DNA from: Octopus sinensis
Taxonomy: Eukaryota
Length of the DNA stretch: 64,000 nt
Reading direction: 5' to 3'
NCBI RefSeq assembly: GCF_006345805.1
Contig: NC_043014.1
Coordinates: 21,638,001 to 21,702,000, forward strand
Part shown: positions 12,296 through 25,190 of the stretch, piece by piece
How positions within the stretch are numbered: the first letter of the stretch is position 1
Layout: every line of letters begins with the position of its first letter
Notes under the pieces: model-generated
The model's database searches: none
The model's input: the letters and a program-made list of their open reading frames with translations, nothing else
Told to the model about the DNA's origin: nothing
Made by a program: the position numbers and the translations under genes

Positions 12296-13558
12296 CAGAG
12301 TGTGGAAGCAAAATTTACAATATTTTGAGGCAGGGATTGAAAGACAGTGTATGACCAATTTAGTTTATTGAAAGTCATGAGAATTTATTTGCCACAAGAA
12401 ACTTTACATAATAGAAAATGTTTTTATTCTATGTGACCTCCTTCTTTATCAATAACTGCCTTCACATGCTTCCTGAAATATTCGGAAAACAACTTCTCCC
12501 ATTCTTCTTTAATAGTATCTTTAAGAGAGTCGACATTGCTGTGTGATATTCTATTGGTAGTATGTTCTAAAATGCCCAAATAGCATAATCCAGAGGGTTT
12601 AGATCTGGGCTAGAAGGCGGCCATAAACATGATTCCAAAAAATTGCTAAAGTTGGGTTTGCAGAAATCTTGTATTTTTCTAGCTGTGTGGGCTGGAGTAC
12701 CATCCTGCTTCCATACATAATTACCATCTGGGTAGTTTGCTTTAAGCCTTGGCAATACCTGGTATCTGAGAGTCTTGTTGTAAGTATTAACATTGATCTT
12801 TTCATCACCTTTGTAGAATTTTATAGGCATTTTCTTTCCATCGGAAGCCACAACACCAAAAGCCATAACTTGAACAGGATGTTTTGTTTTGAATATACCC
12901 TTAACCTCAGCTGTCGATTTTGCGATAAATCTGTCATTTCTGCAGTTCAGAACAGTCTCGACAGTGAAGATCTTTTCATCTGAAAAGATTGTTACAATGG
13001 AGGACTTTTTCTTGAACCATGTAATAATTTTCTTGCATCTTTCCAATCTCTTTTCCTTCATAGCTGTTGCCAACAAGTGTTTTATTGTAAGATTTTAACC
13101 TCAAATCATATTTTACTGCATTTCTAATGGTGTTGTTGTCTACCTCAAGTTCAATTGCCATTTTTCTCATGGATTTGGCTGGATCCTTTAGGATTTTCGA
13201 TTTGAGAACTTTAATAAAAGCTTTGGTATGTTTTCTTTGTTGATTCCTCCACTTCCAGACCTCCTCATAATAGTTTTGCTCATAGTCATTCTATTCTTTA
13301 CATTATAAACAGTCTTTATGGACACTCCAACTATTCTTGAAATCTCCTTTGGTGTGACGACTGCATTCAGCAAATCACACACTCTTTGATGTTTGCTTTC
13401 CTGATTACTCATATGGGCAAAAGTTTCTGAAAGGGTAAGGATAATAGTGTTAGGTATGATTATAACATCAATATATGCTAGGTTTCAAAACAATTGACTT
13501 AGTGCCTGCTAAGAAAAAGCAACTTAACGTTCATTGTAAATTTTGCTTCCCCACCCTG
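12296..13558 (-). mobile_element. Full-length (1263 bp) DD37D maT-type transposon, frameshifted
   Basis: 26-bp TIRs CAG(A/G)GTG(T/G)GGAAGCAAAATTTACAAT with 2 mismatches and TA on both sides. ORF pieces from MSNQESK to IFSDEKIF, QDGTPAHT and WPPSSPDLNPLDY; D-37-D spacing counted. Confidence 0.95.
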
Positions 13559-13604
13559 TATATACACAAACACACTCACATATACACACACACACACACC
13601 ATAT

Positions 13605-13997
13605 ATACACGAGCAAAACGCCCCCCACCCCCAGTCCAACGAACAGTGCTGAGTTGTCAAACATTTAAACCAAATTTTCTCAAAACAACTTGTCGTACCG
13701 TCCCATAGGCCTCCCCTTTGAGAAACACTGATTTAACCTAAATTTGAGACACCAGCAAAAGAAATAAAGATAGACTTTTTTTTCTATTCCAAGAAAAACG
13801 ATTGTACAAATGCATATTCCCACGGCTTTATCGATCACATTCTCACCTGGAATCGATTTGTGTAATTTTTTCAAGACTTATATACACCCTGATACCATCG
13901 GTATCTACATATCAAATTTGAGTGCAATCGGATGGATGATGCCCGAGATACTAGAAGACACACACAGACAGACAGAACAGATTTTATATAATAGATA
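13605..13997. mobile_element. Non-autonomous Helitron-like (Lep1/DINE-type) element; related fragments at ~9185-9215 and ~58610-58870
   Basis: End CAAATTTGAGTGCAATCGGATG..ACACACAGACAGACAG..TTTTATATAATAGAT and a small GATACC-ATC-GGTATC hairpin resemble that class. Recognition only; no coding evidence. Confidence 0.4.
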
Positions 13998-14027
13998 TAC
14001 ACACACACACACATATATATATATATC

Positions 14028-14340
14028 ACATGACCAACCAGACTATCAAATGTTGTTACACATCGCTGGTCACAATATGCTTTGCATTGTTTTAGCCATC
14101 AAATGACCATCCTACCAACTTGGCAAGCCACCCCTCTCCACACCACCAATGTTATCCAAGAGAAACGCAAAGGCCAATACAGCTTGGCACCCATGACATC
14201 ACAACTCATTTCTACAGCTGAGTGAATTGCAGCAACATGAAATAAACTAAACACAATGCAACAGCCTGGTCCAGAAATCGAACTCACTACCTCATGATTG
14301 TGAGCCTGATGCTCTAACCACTGAGCCATGTGCCTATATA
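14028..14340 (-). mobile_element. tRNA-derived SINE with a well-preserved tRNA-like head
   Basis: Head GGCACATGGCTCAGTGGTTAGAGC..GAGTTCGATTTC (A and B boxes) runs straight into ~240 bp of non-tRNA body; a decayed head is also seen at ~58310. Confidence 0.75.
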
Positions 14341-14783
14341 TATATATATATGGCAGAATATCAGTATCCATCTCTCCTGAATGGGATTAGGGGTGAATTG
14401 TCTCACTTGTCTATCACTTTCAGGTGTTTTAACACCCACTGCTTTGAGGGAGTCATCCTCATTGTGGTAAACCGCAGTGTGCCAGTGAACAAGCTAAACA
14501 CATTGAGCATGTGTGATCAATAATATATATATATGTATATAAGGAGAGAGAGATATCTTATATTCTTTCCCTCATGATTAATTTGCAGTTAATTTTGTTT
14601 CAGTTCTACTTGAATCTGTAAGCTAGTCAGCAAGTAAAGAATATAATGCACTCTATTTCTTGAAGTATTGAGTACTTCATTTTCTATCTGTCAGCCTTAT
14701 TCCTGAGAACAAAACACACAGGAATACTTGTATTTACCTATGTGCCTCAGTTGTTGACTTGAGAACATGCCTTGTTTGTCTAA

Positions 14784-14825
<42 letters not shown>

Positions 14826-15499
14826 TATATATAATATATATATGCACTTACATACACACTCTTCACAGTTAATAAATAAACACAGCAAGTGCATAGTTAT
14901 TTAACATCCTCTTTCCTTATCAGTGTGTAAGTATATCCAAATGTGTTTTAAACCTTTAATCCAACCTTATTGGATGAGGGAGAGTAAAGTGAGGATGATA
15001 TTTTATCTTTACACATACACATACACAACCAGAATATCTTCAAACAAGTCATCTTTTACAAGATAATTTCTGCTACTCCAACAATTTTTTGTAACCCCTT
15101 CCATTGACCCAAAGATCCCTACCACGCTAGCACCATCTCTGTCATCATTGCCACCACCACCATCAAAATTGTTGTAAGTAGTGTAAGATGTGGAGTGTGG
15201 GGGAACAAATGTTATCTCACATCCAATGTTGTTATTACTTTTTATAATCTGCAGCACTAGCATCACTTTGGAAAATATACAGTATCCAGTAAAATAGCAA
15301 TAAGAAGTATTTGGGTTAGAAATTATTTTCACTATCTTATATTATTCTTGGTTTCAGAAATACATTAAGAAGTTTCCTTTTTTTAACATGAAAAAGAATT
15401 AGGCACATCTTGGAAAACATGACTAAAAATGTTCATGTTTAACAATGATATATGAGAGTGTAGGGACTAACTTCTCCCTTCAAAATTACCTCATCCTTT

Positions 15500-16615
15500 A
15501 ATCAGCAGCAAAATTTTTAGCATGTCTGGCAAAATGCTTAGCAACATTTCATCCAAGGACCAGTTAAACACTGGGGTCAATATAATTGACTTACCCCATC
15601 TCCCAAACTTGCTGGCCTTGTACCAATATTATCATTATTATCATTAAGGTGGCAATTTGGCAGAATTGTTAGCATGCTGGATAAAATGTTTCGCACACCC
15701 GTTGCTATATTCTGAGTTCAAATTCCACTGAGATAGACTTTGCCTTTCATCCTTTTGTGGTTGATAAAATATGTGCCAATTGAACTCAGGGGTTGACTTT
15801 ATTAACTCATCCCCTCCTGCAAAATTGCTGCTCTTGTGGCAAAATTTTAAACCATTATTATCATTATTAAAGGTGACAAGCTGGCAGAATCGTTAGCACA
15901 CTGGACAAAACACTTAGCTACACTTCATTTGTCTTTACATTCTGAGTTCAAATTCCGCCAAGGACAACTTTGCCTTTCATTCTTTCAGATCAATAAAATA
16001 AGTACCAGTTAAGCATTGAGGTCAATGTAATCAACTAGCAACACTCTTTCCTCAAAATTTCAGGCCTTGTGCTTATAGTAGAAAGAATTATTATATACAG
16101 CAGTGAGCTGGTAGAGTTGTTAGCACGCCAGATAAAATCTTAGTGGCATTTTGTCCATCTTGGCATTCTGAGTCCAAATTCTTCCAAGATTGACTTTGCC
16201 TTCCATCCTTTCAAGGTTGATAAAATAGGTACCAATTGAACTCTGGGGTCAATATAGTTGACTAATCCCATCCCACTATATTCCTGGTCTTGTGCCAAAA
16301 TTTTAAACTATTCTTCATCTCCTTCATTTTTTTCTTCTGATTATTATTATTATTATTAAGGTAGGGAGCTGGCAGAATTGTTTGCCCACTGGATGAAATG
16401 CTTAGTGGCATTTTGGCCATTTTTATGTTATGTGTTCTAATTCTGCTGAGAGCAACACTGCCTTTCAACCTTTTGGGGTCACTATAATAGCATACCAGCC
16501 AAGTACGGGGTCTATGTAATTGACTTCCCCCTTCCCTCGAAAGACTGCTGGTCTTGTACCAAAATTTGAAACCATTAATATTATTATCATTATTATTATT
16601 ATTATTATTATTACA
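15500..16615 (+). mobile_element. Head-to-tail array of ~5 tRNA-SINE copies joined by (ATT)n
   Basis: Units of ~220-260 bp (starts near 15500, 15647, 15871, 16100, 16358): GCTGGCAGAAT.GTTAGC..GAGTTCAAATTC..TTTGCCTTTCATCC..GATAAAATAAGTACCAGTT..GGCCTTGT..ATTATT. Confidence 0.85.
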
Positions 16616-17459
16616 TTATATTGGCAGAAACATTTGATTGTTGGACATAAATTCTTTGCTGTACAATAATACCCCCTCTTAGAGTTCTCTCATTTAGCAC
16701 TGATTCCTATTTTTCTTGGAGACAATGTTTCCCATTGGATAATACTACATTATAACAACACACAGGACCTGTGGAAATTTTCTGTTTTATAAATTTATTT
16801 ACTATTATTTTGTGACATTTTATATATATCTCCATAAAACTATTTTGCTATGCTAGTGATGTTTATTATAAGCTTATGGTAATTAAAGAAAAAAAAATAC
16901 TTATTCTTTTGTCATATCTTGAAACACCAGGCTATCTTTTATACTGTCTTCTTATTTGAACGTTTCTCAAATTAAATGTTCTTCATTCATGTTTTATTGT
17001 CATTTTCTGCTCTTCTTTCTCACTTGTTGTCACTTACCATCAGCTCATATCTATTGACATTCCCTTTACTTTCATAGATATCTGGGATATTTGTGCTCAG
17101 TCATGTTAATTCTTCTTATCTGTTAGTTTTGTCTTAAACTTTGTCTTATTCCTTGTCTTTGTTCTTCTCCCATCCTTTGCTTGTATTTTACATAAGTGTA
17201 AAAATATAACTAAAGATAGCAAAAATGATAAAGTAAAAATGGAATATTTTTCTCACTGTCTTACTATCTGCTGCCCCTTGAAAGTGAAGATGAAAGCACT
17301 TCCTTTGCAAAAAAAAAGTGTTTTTCCTACAAAATTAAATTGAAGAACATAAGAAATTATGATTCATGATTACTCCTACATACATCCAAATTGTTTGCAC
17401 TATTTTATACCCATCATAGGGGGAAAACAGCCTGCACCTCAAACTGCCTAAGCAACAAA

Positions 17460-17665
17460 ACCCATATAACATCCGTATGTCTGAAGGTGCAAGTGTAGAC
17501 ACCTATGTATCTAAGAAATTTCACTAGGTTCTTCAGAATATCACAGTGTAGCAACTACCCTTCCCAACCTGTCTTCAATGGAGATGAAACAGGCTTTTCT
17601 GGAAAAGAAGGCAATCCTGCCATTTCATCGCTTTAGAAGAAAAGAATGTTCTGGATTGAAGATTT
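17460..17665 (+). mobile_element. Tigger/pogo (DDE_1) transposase remnant
   Basis: YNIRMSEGASVD and YPSQPVFNGDETG, then after a frameshift FWKRRQ..FIALEEK, resemble the Tigger HNIK..GE.ASAD and QVFNADETGLFWK motifs. Confidence 0.65.
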
Positions 17666-18000
17666 ATTTTCTGGACTCTTTTTTCAAGAGTCAATAAAAT
17701 AAAAACACCTGTCAAGTACTGGTGTCAATGTAATTAACTGATTTCCTCACCTCAAATTTTTGATTGTGCCTATATTAGAAATTATTATTATTATTTGCAG
17801 TATCATTAGTGTGTTGGACAACATTCTCAGTAGCCTTTCTTCTGGTTCTTTATGTTCAGAGTTCAAATTCCACCAAGGTTGACTTTGCCTTTCATCTTTT
17901 CAGGGTCAATGAAATAAGTACCAGTTGAGCACTAGGATCAATGAAATCAACTTTGCCCTCCCCTCAGAATTTCAGGCCTTGTGCCTATAATAGAAAGGAT

Positions 18001-18549
18001 TATTGAGTGAGAGAGCAGTGCATGCCATCAAAGTGACACTGAGGTAAAATATACGAAGCCCAGTATACCTATCATGACTCTCTGTCTGATAAGGGTACAC
18101 TACGCACATGCAACACAATCACATGTGTGTGACATAGTGATCTCATATCAAGATAAACAACACATGACCTTGCAGGGGGTCCCAGTTAGAATTTTCTTCA
18201 GGTCGAGTAACCCATCCCACTCAAAAGGTTCCTGAATAAGGGTTGTTTAAGGGTGTTGAACGAAACACCCATGTTTCCAGAGGTGAATTATTCAAATCCC
18301 AAAGAATCCTTCTCAACACATGGCTACTTCTGCTCGTAATCAGAGATGCACATATCGTCAGCTACTAAGGGACAGGCTCAACTGGTTAAGATCAAACAAC
18401 TGACAAGCAAATCTGTGGTATTGAGCAGAATATTTGTTGTAGCCCATCTTTTATACCAAGACAAAACAACGTACATGATAATACTTCCAATCAGTTAAGA
18501 TAAGAAGCCATGAGAGCCACTACCTGGTACTGCATCAGGGCATTTATTA

Positions 18550-18585
<36 letters not shown>
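18001..18585 (+). mobile_element. ~550 bp non-coding interspersed repeat ending in a long (ATT)n tail (non-autonomous retroelement)
   Basis: More GC-balanced block inserted in the (ATT) tail of a SINE and ending GCATCAGGGCATTT(ATT)n. No ORF. Recognised as a common Octopus repeat. Confidence 0.55.
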
Positions 18586-18586
<1 letters not shown>

Positions 18587-20142
18587 AGCTGTGAGTTGGC
18601 AGAATTGTTAGCATATCGAATAAAATGGTTAGCACCATATCTTCTGCCTCTTTACATTTTGAGTTTAGATTTGCCAAGTTGACGTTGCCTGTCTTCTTGG
18701 GGGAGGGGGGTCAGTGAAATAGATACCAGTCATAGAAGGACTGGGGGTTTATGTAATTGACTTACTCCTCCCCTAAAATTGCTGGCCTTGTACCAAAATT
18801 AGAAAGAATTATTATTGTAAGGTGGCTAGCAAAGTTAGTGGAAATATAGATTAAATACAGTAAATAACTTGCAGTCCCCTTTACTTTCTAAATTTAAATT
18901 CCATCATGTCAGCCTCACCATATTGATGGTTGATAATACATCACCCGAAATATACTGAGTTGATTCATCAACTGTGATACACCTTCAGCCATCTCCACCC
19001 TCAACTGTATGGCCTTGTGCCAATATTAGAAATCCTTGTTGTTATTGCTCATGGGTGTATCCCATAGTCTTTTTTTAAAACTAACCTTTATTTATTTATT
19101 TTTTATATATTTCATTTATTATGTCCACGTGTATTCCGTATTGTATCATCATCTTCAACCTTATCATCTTTATTATCATTGTCATAATCTAAGTGTTTTT
19201 TTTTTTTTTTTCCTTTTTAGATGTCCAAAAATATATTTATCAAAACACCTCAGAAATAGATGTAACTTTTGCATCACACATGCGTGCAAGCAAGATTTCA
19301 TTCTATGTAGAGAGATATATAGATTTATACTGACACACACACACACATACATGTATGTATCTTGAGAGAGAAAGAGAGAGGTTGGTGGTATCTAATATCC
19401 AGACATAGTATTGCTGCCTTATTCTCACCACTGCTGCTGTCACTACTAAGTTATCATGGTTGCTGATGCCCCAGTTTGTTTTTTTTGTTTTTTGTTTTTA
19501 CTTTTTTTTCTACAACTTTTCATGGTTTATGAGTTCTTGCTGTATAGAAATAGGCTACTTGTAGGTGCTTCTGGATTGAGCTGTTAGTGATGATGATAAT
19601 GATGGGTGATGTAAGTGATGTTTGGTCATATGTTGTGGTGGTTGGTCATGATGGAGGTGGTGGTAGTAATGGGTGGTGTGTTACTGGTGACTATAGTCAT
19701 GATTGATGTCAATGGCTGGTTGTGTGGTGTTGGTACTGATGTTTATAGTGTTGTTGGTAGTGACTGTGATATTAATTAATCATGAGTCATACTATTTACT
19801 AGCACTGGGTGTTGGTAATAGTGGTGTTGGCAACAACAGAATTTCCCAAAATCAGTTCCAAACAACTCCAGTGTTCTGTGAAAAAATTCTGGTGTTTCAT
19901 GAGATAAGATGTTGTTTGATAAAAACAATATTTAAAAAAAAGATGCTCTTCACTAAAAGATTATTTTTTTTCTTGATATTAATAAATTCTCATTCTAAAA
20001 CAATTTTTGTTTCATTTAATGTCTTATTAAAATTATGGTGGTAGGAGTTGCATGCAAAATGTATAGATGGATTCTGAGATTAAAAAAATGTTTAGGAACT
20101 ACTGCTCTTGAACATAAAGGTTTTTTCACCCCTTTCGATTAT

Positions 20143-20341
20143 CAATATCTTAAATGACAGTCAAGGTGGCAAAATCATGAGCACACTAGACAAAATGCTC
20201 AACAGCATTTCATCCATTTTTACATTCTGAGTTCAAATTCCGTTGAGGTTGATAAAATAAGTACCAGTTGAGTACTGGGGGTCAATGGAATTAACTTAGC
20301 CCCTTCCCTAAACTTGCTGACCAATATCTTAAATGACAGTC
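20143..20341 (+). mobile_element. Truncated tRNA-SINE flanked by an exact 20-bp target-site duplication
   Basis: CAATATCTTAAATGACAGTC at 20143-20162 and 20322-20341 brackets a 159-bp SINE body. Confidence 0.85.
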
Positions 20342-21179
20342 TCAGTCCTTACCCACAAACATTCATCAGCTCTTACCCATGGGGGGCCAGGGTTCTGTGA
20401 AAAAATTCTGGTGAGACCATAACACTACACAGATGCCCTAGAAACAAGCTTTTCAGATTTAATCCTTTAGCATTTAAACCAGCTGTATCCAGCCAAAATA
20501 TTCTACCTGCTTTATGGTCAGATCTTGCCTCTCACACCTACCCTACAATGTCATTCTAAAAATAATCAAAATTTTGATGGTACAATCATATGATTAATTC
20601 AAAGCAATGTGAATAAATAAGCATTACATTTGACAAAATAATCTGAATGCTAAAGGGTTTGATCTGTAGTCAACTCTTACAGAAGTGAAGTTTAGGGGGT
20701 TTTGACTGTGCATACTGCCATGAAGCCAACAGGATATACCTACATACAGTCAATAGACAATACCTACTACACTAGTCATCAGATCATCCCATCATCCCAC
20801 ATTGAGCCATCAAACCATACTCACATAAGCAGATAATACTCACAACTAGCCATCAGACCACACCTACTTTAACTATCAGACCATACCCATACACACCCAT
20901 CAGACTACACCTTCACATAGCCATCCTTTGATTAATAAGCAGCGAGCTGGCAGAATTGTTAGCACACCGAGCAAAATGCTTAGCAGCATTTCATCTATCT
21001 GCACATTCAAGGTTCAAATTCCACCAAGGTTGACTTTGCTTTTCATCCTTTCGGGGCTCAGTAAATTACCAGTTGAACACTGGGGTTGATGTAATCAACT
21101 AGCACCCTTCCCCAAAATTACTGGCCTTGTACCTATAGTAGAAAGGATTATTATTATTATTATATTATTATTATTATTT

Positions 21180-21470
21180 GTAGTAGTAGTAGTAGTCTTT
21201 TATCACAAGCTTTCACAGCACTACCAAGTGCAGCTCTGTTATTTTCACTGCATTGAAAGTGCTTTATATAGGATGTGTGTGGTACCTAGTACTATTTTCC
21301 GTTTGTCATATATATATATATTCATAAGTCCTGGTGTTTTGGTTGGTCTGGAAGAAGGGGTGTATCCATGATCTTTACAGACTCTCTGTGACTGATGAGA
21401 TTGACATGGGTTTAGAGGTAAGATTACTCACATCAAGCTTTGTGTTGTGCTTCTTGGTAAAATATTAAAA
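21180..21470 (-). mobile_element. 3' end remnant of a non-LTR retrotransposon with a (TAC)/(TAA)n tail
   Basis: Minus strand ..KTPGLMNIY..GTTHILYKAL resembles the IQKIALLGTAHILRR-type C-terminus of some LINE ORFs and is followed by a short UTR and simple-repeat tail. Heavily decayed. Confidence 0.4.
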
Positions 21471-24269
21471 CCTACATTAGTTGCAAATAGATCAGCAAGA
21501 AATGTTTCCCATAGTAGACTAGCATCCTACCCAGAAATATGCTTTTGTCTCTCACCCACTTCACACCACTGAATCAAAAGTTGAGGACTGCCTTTTAAAA
21601 TCTCTTTTGGAATATAGGAGGAGGTGTGTATTTTAATTCCATGTTTTAATGTGCAGCAATCTCCAATTTGTATATTGCTATGTATGGCAGCCCTACACTA
21701 AACTTTACACTGTATTTCATTATATTCCATTAAGTTAGCGCAAGAACATTTACAAAAACATTTACATTTTTTGCTTGTGGGCCCCTTTAATTCCTATTTT
21801 ACTCTACTAGACTACCATAGTCATTTGAAGTTTTAAAAAGATCCCATTGTATATTTATAATTAAATATTAGGAAATGTACTAAAGAAATTGTTAGAATAT
21901 TTTGTGTATTGTTGAAGTATAACCAATTTATTGAAAAATAAATTTTTAAAAAAAATCTTATATAGACTCCCAAGAACCATGTGAGCCCCTGTTGAGAACC
22001 ACTGATTTACATGGTCACTTGATCTGCCAGAAACAGTAGCCAAATTTCCCTCATCTCAACTAACAGCTCAGAAAGAATAGTGAGATGGTCAGGATTAATG
22101 CCTTTCATCAAGTCTACTTAGTCTGTTTGAAGCCTCTATGTGGTTACTCAATTTGATAGCAATGGTAGCCAGACTAAACAGCAACTACATTCAGTACACT
22201 ACACTACATTGTACTACGCACTACACTATCCTAAACTTCATATTACACTACAGTATTCTTATAGTTTGACTGCAGCAGTAATCAGCTTCTGTCTTCTGTC
22301 CCCTGAGATCCTAAAACCAAAGTGCCGCATAAAAAGCATTGGTGTGGGTGCAAGTGCCATATAAGAAGCACTGATGCTGGTGCCATGTAAAAAGCACCCA
22401 GTACACCCTGTAAAGTGGTTAGTGTTTGGAAGTGTACTAGCCATAGAAACCAAACCAAAACAGACTATAGAACTGGGTATGGCTTCTTGATCTTGCCAGT
22501 TCCTGTCAAGCCGTCCATCCCATGCTAGAATGGAAAATGGACATTGAATGATATAATGATCCTGTACTCAGGTGATTGTTCCTGGCTTTCGATGAGATCT
22601 GAATTACAAGAAAGAATCTGAACTTAGAATGCAAAGAGTCACAATAAATACTGCAAAGCTTTCTGACTCTAGCAATTCACTCAATTCTCCTACACTATAT
22701 TGCAAAAGTTCACACACACATGCTTGAGCCCACAAGAAAGTCTCTGTGTAGTCATTTGACTTGTTAGAAATAGCAGCTAAAGCCTCATAAAACCTCAACT
22801 TCCTATTCAAAAATTGTTAAAGACATGGAGCAATATATTAAAAAAAAACTTATCACAGTTGCAATGAATGTCTTTGTTTCATGCCTGCTCAATCAGACCT
22901 AATCTGAAACTAAACAACACCAATAACACACACTAATTTATTCTTTTCTACTTATTTGTCCAAATTATGCAGAGTTAAGTGTTAACATGACAGTGTGGAA
23001 GCACAATCAGGGTACCATCAGAAAGTACCATTTTTGGTGGTATTAGTGACAAGAGCAAGTGTTGAAAATTTGACAATATACTTAGAAAATTAAGGCTACA
23101 ACCTGAATGTACTAAGTTGTAGGTACCTCACCCTGTTGAGGTGTGGTGTCTATACCTTGTCGATTTTGGCAGTACAGCTACTACCCATATATCCCTCTCT
23201 CTCTATCCTTTTTATCAACAACAGCTGTTTGAAAATTATATATATAAAATCTTATAAGCCCTAATTTAAGATCCAAAAGCACAAACCCACTTGTGTGTGT
23301 GTGTGTATGCATGCATGCATAACTATGTTCCTTCCTTTTTGAGGCATCACCTTTGCAATCTTCCTGCTTCTCACCCTATTACCATGCTGTGGCTGTGATG
23401 CTTGGGTGTATGGTGGACAAGATAACATGAGCAGGGTATCTGTTTGTGTTGTCAGTCCCTACCCCACCACCTCTTTGTAATTAATTCTGTACTATAAACT
23501 TTGTCTTACCTTTTCACACCTGACATTCATCTGGGCTCTTTTATTTCAGAAACAGCAGGCTAATAATAATATTTTGTTCTAACATTTGGCACAAAGCCAG
23601 CAATTTGGCTCAACCCCAGTACCCTAATATTTGACTGGTACTTTATTTTATCAACCCAAAAAGAAAGACCTCAGTGGAATTTGAACTAAAGGCATAAAGG
23701 GCCAGAAGAAATGTTGCAAGGCATTAATGATTCCACCAGCTATTAAGACGATTTCTTTATAGGTTAAAAGGGCTAAGACATTGGGGGCAACAGAGTGATG
23801 GAATATAGCACAGTGTGGGGTTACATAAAGTAAAAAAGTTAAAAACCCATAGAAATGACAAGGAAAAATTCCCCAATAGTGGAGACACTAACACAAGTCC
23901 AGAAATTTTGGGGTTGGAGCTAGTCATTGACCCCAATAATTGATTGGTTCTTTATTTTATTGGCCATGGTGGGATGAAAGGCAAAGTTGACTTCATTGAG
24001 ATTTGAATGCAAAACATAAAGAGTTTGAAGGGTTGGTTAACTGAGTACATCAGTCCCAGAATTTGACTGGTACTTTATTTGACTATTGTAGAAATTTTCA
24101 CTTTGTTGGGTAATCAGCATATGTATGATTTAAACTCGGAATGGTTTTCAAGAAGTTCACTTCAAAACCAAGTGATCTTGGGTTCAATTCCATTGTGGCA
24201 TCCTGGGCAAGGTATTATTATTATTATAATATTAATTTTTTGTAGTTATTAAAGAAGACATTATTATTA

Positions 24270-25190
24270 TGAGATGATGAGCTTGCACAATTGTTAACTT
24301 GCTTAGCAGTGTTTCATTTGTCTTTATGTTCTGAGTTCCAATTCTGCCAAGCTCAGCTTTGCTTTCATCCTTTCAGGGTCGATCAAATAAGTATCAGTGG
24401 AACACTAGGGTCAAGTTAATTGGCTTCGCCCTTCCCCCAAACCTGCTGGCCTTGTGTTAAAATTTGATACCATTATTATTATAATTATTATTAAGGTGGC
24501 GAGATGGCAGAAACATTAGCACACTGGGCAAAATGCTTAGTGGCATTTCGCCTGTCTTTACGTTCTGAGTTCAAATTCCGCCAAGGTCGACTTTGCCTCT
24601 CATCCTTTCAGGGTCGATAAATTAAGTACTAGTTGTGTACTGGAGTCAATCTAATTAACTGAAAATTCCCCCAAAATTTCGGGCCTTGTACCTAGAGTAG
24701 AAAAGATTATTATTATCATCATAAAGGTGATAGAACTGCATATTTGGTAAAACAACGAACAAATGCTTTACAGTAATTGTTTACACTTTGAGTTGAAATA
24801 TCACCAAGGTCAGCTTTGTTTTTCATCCTCCTGGGGTTGATAAAATAAAATACCAGTGAAATACTGGTGTTGCTGTCATCAACAATGTCTCTCCCTCAAA
24901 ATTTGTGGCGTAGTGATTATAATTAGGAATCATCATAATAATTGTGGCAGGGTGGCAGAACATGTAGAGTGGTAGGTAAAATGCCTTGTGTATTTATTCA
25001 CACTGCTGTGTTCTGAGTTCAAATTTCAACAACGTTGATTTTGTTTTTCATACCTCTAGAGTGGAAGGGGTTGGTAAAATAAAATACTCATCAAGTATTG
25101 AGTGAGTGGGTGGGAGGAAGATCAATTATAACTCCTTGCCCTTAAATTCTGTGGCCTCATGCCAATGTTAAAAGCAACAATTATTATTAT
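24270..25190 (+). mobile_element. Second head-to-tail array of 4 tRNA-SINE copies joined by (ATT)n
   Basis: Units start near 24275, 24494, 24725 and 24945; the 24494 copy is best preserved and retains CpGs. Confidence 0.85.

Noticed and set aside
14270-14340. tRNA-like sequence (A box, CAC anticodon-like loop, B box)
   Set aside because: It lacks a proper acceptor stem and poly-T terminator and continues into a SINE body, so it is a SINE head rather than a tRNA gene.
15009-15332. 107-aa minus-strand ORF and similar low-complexity ORFs at 19703-20044 and 43057-43504
   Set aside because: Built from GGT/GAT/ACT simple repeats, with no homology-like motifs or splice support.
15500-16615. Regularly spaced repeats that might suggest a CRISPR-like array
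   Set aside because: Units are ~230-bp diverged SINEs with Pol III boxes and (ATT)n linkers in eukaryotic DNA; there are no short identical repeats with unique spacers and no cas genes.
19201-19260. Strong polypyrimidine-AG followed by ATG, a possible exon
   Set aside because: The ATG frame stops after 12 codons (MSKNIFIKTPQK*), no frame resembles the kinesin N-terminus, and no good donor follows.
21381-21417. CAG|...|GTAAGA exon-like segment containing CTGATGA
   Set aside because: It lies in an antisense LINE remnant and is not kinesin-like; no GAAA or stems follow CTGATGA, so it is not a hammerhead either.
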